Shown here in pieces: positions 7,632-10,326 of a stretch of 10,326 nucleotides of DNA. Each line of letters begins with the position of its first letter. Within the stretch, counting starts at the first letter, position 1. The stretch comes from a virus. Its lineage: Duplodnaviria; Heunggongvirae; Uroviricota; Caudoviricetes. The notes beneath the pieces were generated by a model that worked only from the letters and a program-made list of their open reading frames with translations, was not told the DNA's origin and made no database searches. The stretch is taken from the IMG/VR virus record IMGVR_UViG_2657245050_000010; one strand, 5' to 3'. A program made the translations under genes and the position numbers.

Positions 7632-8096
7632 ATGATGCTGGCATTAGGTATGTTTGTTTTTATGCGTCAGACGCTGCCCTACCAGAGCATGCAGCGCAGC
7701 GCGGATTATAGCTGGGCGTCAAACTCTCGCATCGGGAAGCGTGACGCTTTTCAGTATCTCGGCGAGGGGGAAGATAAAATCACCCTGAGCGGTGACCTGT
7801 ATCCTGAGCTGACCGGCGGTAAGCTCACGATGCTGGCGCTTTATGCAATGGCTGAACAGGGGCGCGCATGGCCGCTTATCTCTGGCTCAGGCTGGATTTA
7901 CGGGATGTTTGTTGTCAGTAATGTCTCGGAGACCGGCACGGTATTTTTTGAGGATGGGACGCCACGAAAAATCAGCTTCACCCTGTCACTGACCCGTGTC
8001 GATGAGTCGCTCGCCGCGGTGTATGGCGATATTGGAAAACAGGCCGAAAGTCTGGTCGGGAAAGCTGGCGATCTGCTGTCGATGGTGGGGGCGTAA
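7632..8096 (+). CDS. U: Tail protein gpU
   Basis: 154-aa ORF directly after T, GGAG RBS at 7621-7624. Order and size match P2 U. Confidence 0.88.
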   Translation: MMLALGMFVFMRQTLPYQSMQRSADYSWASNSRIGKRDAFQYLGEGEDKITLSGDLYPELTGGKLTMLALYAMAEQGRAWPLISGSGWIYGMFVVSNVSETGTVFFEDGTPRKISFTLSLTRVDESLAAVYGDIGKQAESLVGKAGDLLSMVGA

Positions 8097-8098
8097 TC

Positions 8099-9271
8099 AT
8101 GCTGGATATTATCACCGGCGCGGGTGCCACGCTGACGCCCGACTTTATGCTGACACTGGAAAGCAAAGATATCACCGGCAATATCAGTGACCGGCTGATT
8201 AACCTCTCGATGACGGACAATCGGGGTTTTGAGGCCGACCAGCTCGACATCGAGCTCGACGATACTGACGGTCTGGTCGCATTGCCGATTCGCGGTGCGG
8301 TGCTGTCGCTGTATCTCGGGTGGAAAGGTTTCTCTCTGGTCAGCAAGGGGCGATTTACCGTCGATGAGGTAGAGCACCGGGGGGCGCCGGATACGGTAAC
8401 CATTCGCGCCCGGGGTGCGGATTTTCGCGGGACGCTTAATTCCCGTCGTGAGGAGTCATGGCATGACACCACGCTCGGCGCAATCGTCAGCTCGATAGCT
8501 GAGCGGAACAAGTTAACGGCCAGCGTCACTGATTCTCTTGCGGGGATCCAGATTCCGCATATCGACCAGTCTCAGGAATCCGACGCCGTTTTCCTGACTC
8601 GCCTCGCAGAACGCAACGGCGGTGCGGTCTCAGTGAAAGCGGGTAGATTGCTGATGCTCAAAGCGGGAAGCGGTACCACTGCCAGTGGAAAAGCTATTCC
8701 TCAAATTACCATCCAGCGCGGTGACGGTGACCGGCATCAGTTTGCCATTGCCGACCGTGGCGCTTACACCGGCGTAACCGCTAAGTGGCTGCACACTAAA
8801 GACCCGAAACCGGCGAAACAAAAGCAGACAGTGAAGCTGAAACGTAAGCCCAAAGAGCAACACCTCCGGGCGCTACAGCACCCGAAAGCAAAACCAGTGA
8901 GCAGTAAAGTCACGGCCAAAAAGCAAAAAGAGCAGGAAGCCCGCGAGGGTGAATACATGGCCGGTGAGGCTGACAACGTTTTCGCGCTGACGACCATTTA
9001 CGCGACAAAGGCGCAAGCGATGCGTGCAGCTCAGGCGAAGTGGGATAAATTGCAGCGTGGGGTTGCGGAGTTCTCCATTATGTTAGCGACCGGCCGCGAG
9101 GATATTTACCCCGAAACGCCGGTCAGGGTCTCAGGCTTTAAGAGCGTTATAGACGAGCAAGCATGGATAATCAGCAGGGTGACCCATAATCTCGGTGGGA
9201 ATGGCTTCACAACGGCTGTAGAGCTTGAGGTGATGCTTTCGGATGTAGAATATGACACCGACGAATCTTGA
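8099..9271 (+). CDS. D: Tail protein gpD (phage late control D family)
   Basis: 390-aa ORF starting 2 nt after the U stop. Size and position match P2 D. Contains an internal Lys-rich low-complexity stretch. Confidence 0.88.
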   Translation: MLDIITGAGATLTPDFMLTLESKDITGNISDRLINLSMTDNRGFEADQLDIELDDTDGLVALPIRGAVLSLYLGWKGFSLVSKGRFTVDEVEHRGAPDTVTIRARGADFRGTLNSRREESWHDTTLGAIVSSIAERNKLTASVTDSLAGIQIPHIDQSQESDAVFLTRLAERNGGAVSVKAGRLLMLKAGSGTTASGKAIPQITIQRGDGDRHQFAIADRGAYTGVTAKWLHTKDPKPAKQKQTVKLKRKPKEQHLRALQHPKAKPVSSKVTAKKQKEQEAREGEYMAGEADNVFALTTIYATKAQAMRAAQAKWDKLQRGVAEFSIMLATGREDIYPETPVRVSGFKSVIDEQAWIISRVTHNLGGNGFTTAVELEVMLSDVEYDTDES

Positions 9272-9286
9272 TTATACAAACAAAAC

Positions 9287-9314
9287 TTGCAAATGTAAGA
9301 TTCAAGTTTATTAT
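9287..9314 (+). promoter_or_regulatory. Candidate sigma70 promoter for ogr (-35 TTGCAA at 9287-9292, 16-nt spacer, -10 TATTAT at 9309-9314)
   Basis: Hexamers read by eye in the 76-nt D-ogr spacer. Consistent with ogr having its own promoter in P2 (remembered). RBS AGGAGAGGGA at 9331-9340. Confidence 0.35.
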
Positions 9315-9347
9315 CCCCCTCAAGTCAGCAAGGAGAGGGAAGAAATT

Positions 9348-9566
9348 ATGATGCACTGTCCGCTATGTCAGGATGCAGCACACGCACGATCAAGCCGGTA
9401 CCTGAGCACTGAAACGAAAGAGCGCTACCACCAGTGCCAGAACATCAACTGCGGTTGCACTTTCGTCACCCACGAGAGCCTTGCTCGTTTTATCGTGAAG
9501 CCAGGAGAAATTGAACCCGCCCCACCCCACCCGTCTAAATACCAACAACATCAGCTCTGGCTTTAA
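9348..9566 (+). CDS. ogr: Ogr, zinc-finger late-gene transcription activator (72 aa)
   Basis: MMHCPLCQDAAHARSSRYLSTETKERYHQCQNINC has the Cys-X2-Cys-X22-Cys-X4-Cys spacing and strong resemblance to P2 Ogr (remembered as MFHCPLCQHAAHAR...KERYHQCQNVNC). The track ORF begins at 9252, but the internal ATG at 9348 is the one with an RBS and gives 72 aa. Confidence 0.9.
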   Translation: MMHCPLCQDAAHARSSRYLSTETKERYHQCQNINCGCTFVTHESLARFIVKPGEIEPAPPHPSKYQQHQLWL

Positions 9567-9571
9567 ATCAA

Positions 9572-9590
9572 AGGCCTGCTTTGCAGGCCT
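9572..9590. terminator. Bidirectional intrinsic terminator: stem AGGCCTGC / GCAGGCCT, loop TTT, flanked by an A-rich run upstream and a T-rich run downstream
   Basis: Perfect 8-bp GC-rich hairpin in the 37-nt gap between the convergent ogr stop (9566) and the minus-strand gene stop (9604). U-rich flank in both orientations. Confidence 0.6.
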
Positions 9591-9603
9591 TCTTGTATCA
9601 AAC

Positions 9604-10326
9604 TTAGATTGGTAATGAAAAAGCTATCGCCTTGCAGATATGTTGCTTTGTTAACGCAGGATGTGTTGAAGCAAAAAGCGATAAAAAGCTTTTAGCTTCA
9701 ACCGAATCATCATTAAGCGAAATATTATCTTTGATGAATGGATGAAGTGCGATTCCAGCGCTCATAGATAACGGCACATAGTTGATGAATATATCTTCTT
9801 TTGTGAGACCTAGCTGGTTTGCTTGTGCTTCAAATGAATTAGCATCTAAATAATCACGTATACGTTCTTTGGCCTCTGGTCGGAGTCTCGATTCTTGACG
9901 CGGCAGAGAAAGCATCTTATCAATATCTCCCCATGAGATAGGAACCTCAAAATAGCCACCACCTTCTTCCTCTGGAGGTGCCGGGAAATTCACATAAAAA
10001 TAGTTTTTTTGCTGTGTAGGGTCGTTCATGGACTGACGATGATAGTTATAAATACTTCTAATACGGTTGGCCTTGTTATGATGCCGAGCATTTCGAATAA
10101 CAAGCATCATTAATAATTCAGGTTTCAAATACCAGTCAGGCTCTAATCCATTGCTTTGCATGTTGTCATACAAATTATGAAAAGCATTAAGTTGTGTATT
10201 CAGGCCCGATTCTAAATTGCCAATTGCTTCAGCACGATCAATAGCCAACAAACGCTGTAGTGACCAGTTAGACTCTAATAAAACCCGAAAGGCCTGTGCA
10301 AGATCTTCAAAAGAGTGGGAAAGCAT
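9604..10326 (-). CDS. Hypothetical protein, at least 240 aa, with a HEPN-like RNxxxH motif (VIRNARHHNK); candidate Abi-type or HEPN RNase. Start codon coincides with the window edge, so the N-terminus may be incomplete
   Basis: Uninterrupted 723-nt minus-strand ORF, convergent with ogr. AT-rich (roughly 38-40% G+C by eye) against the GC-richer tail genes. The RNARHH hexapeptide fits the R-[N]-x3-H form of the HEPN Rx4-6H catalytic motif. No other family signature recognised. Confidence 0.6.
   Translation of the reverse strand: MLSHSFEDLAQAFRVLLESNWSLQRLLAIDRAEAIGNLESGLNTQLNAFHNLYDNMQSNGLEPDWYLKPELLMMLVIRNARHHNKANRIRSIYNYHRQSMNDPTQQKNYFYVNFPAPPEEEGGGYFEVPISWGDIDKMLSLPRQESRLRPEAKERIRDYLDANSFEAQANQLGLTKEDIFINYVPLSMSAGIALHPFIKDNISLNDDSVEAKSFLSLFASTHPALTKQHICKAIAFSLPI

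Noticed and set aside
3007-8997. Numerous antisense or out-of-frame ORFs inside FI, FII, E, T, U and D (e.g. 3221-3667 -, 4370-4693 -, 4743-5105 -, 6204-6638 -, 6732-7130 -, 7313-7564 +, 7978-8529 -, 8630-8997 -)
   Set aside because: GC-rich coding DNA commonly leaves long stop-free antisense frames. Their translations are low-complexity (Ala/Gly/Arg/Pro-rich) and they overlap confidently assigned P2 tail genes.
9252-9347. Longer version of the ogr ORF starting at 9252 (104 aa), overlapping the end of D
   Set aside because: The internal ATG at 9348 has a strong RBS and yields a 72-aa protein with the exact Cys4 spacing and length of P2 Ogr. The upstream extension would run through the candidate ogr promoter.
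1-10326. Search for CRISPR arrays, tRNA or rRNA genes, integrase or transposase genes, or an invertible tail-fibre segment
   Set aside because: No spaced repeat array, no tRNA-like cloverleaf region, and no recombinase-like ORF was seen. The H-G junction shows no flanking inverted repeats or invertase gene of the Mu/P1 type.

Overview
This window is the tail-morphogenesis end of a P2-like (Peduovirus-type) prophage from an enterobacterium, with every phage gene on the + strand in canonical P2 order: H (tail fibre, 5'-truncated by the window edge) - G (tail fibre assembly) - [AT-rich cargo gene] - FI (sheath) - FII (tube) - E/E' (frameshifted chaperone) - T (tape measure) - U - D - ogr. Assignments rest on reading the translated ORFs against remembered P2 proteins and on gene order; no database search was possible. 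Two things are not explained by the tail module and are the main hunt results. First, a strongly AT-rich 197-aa membrane-anchored ORF (2070-2663) sits exactly at the G/FI junction, the position of the Z/fun moron in P2, and is a candidate novel single-gene phage-defence or superinfection-exclusion determinant. Second, a convergent AT-rich minus-strand gene (9604-10326) immediately after ogr carries an RNxxxH (HEPN-like) motif and is a candidate Abi-type RNase. Smaller observations are the intact -1 frameshift site giving a 142-aa E+E' product, intrinsic terminators after the cargo locus and after ogr, a GC-rich hairpin between FII and E, and a dyad upstream of FI. No rRNA, tRNA, CRISPR array, integrase or transposase was seen.
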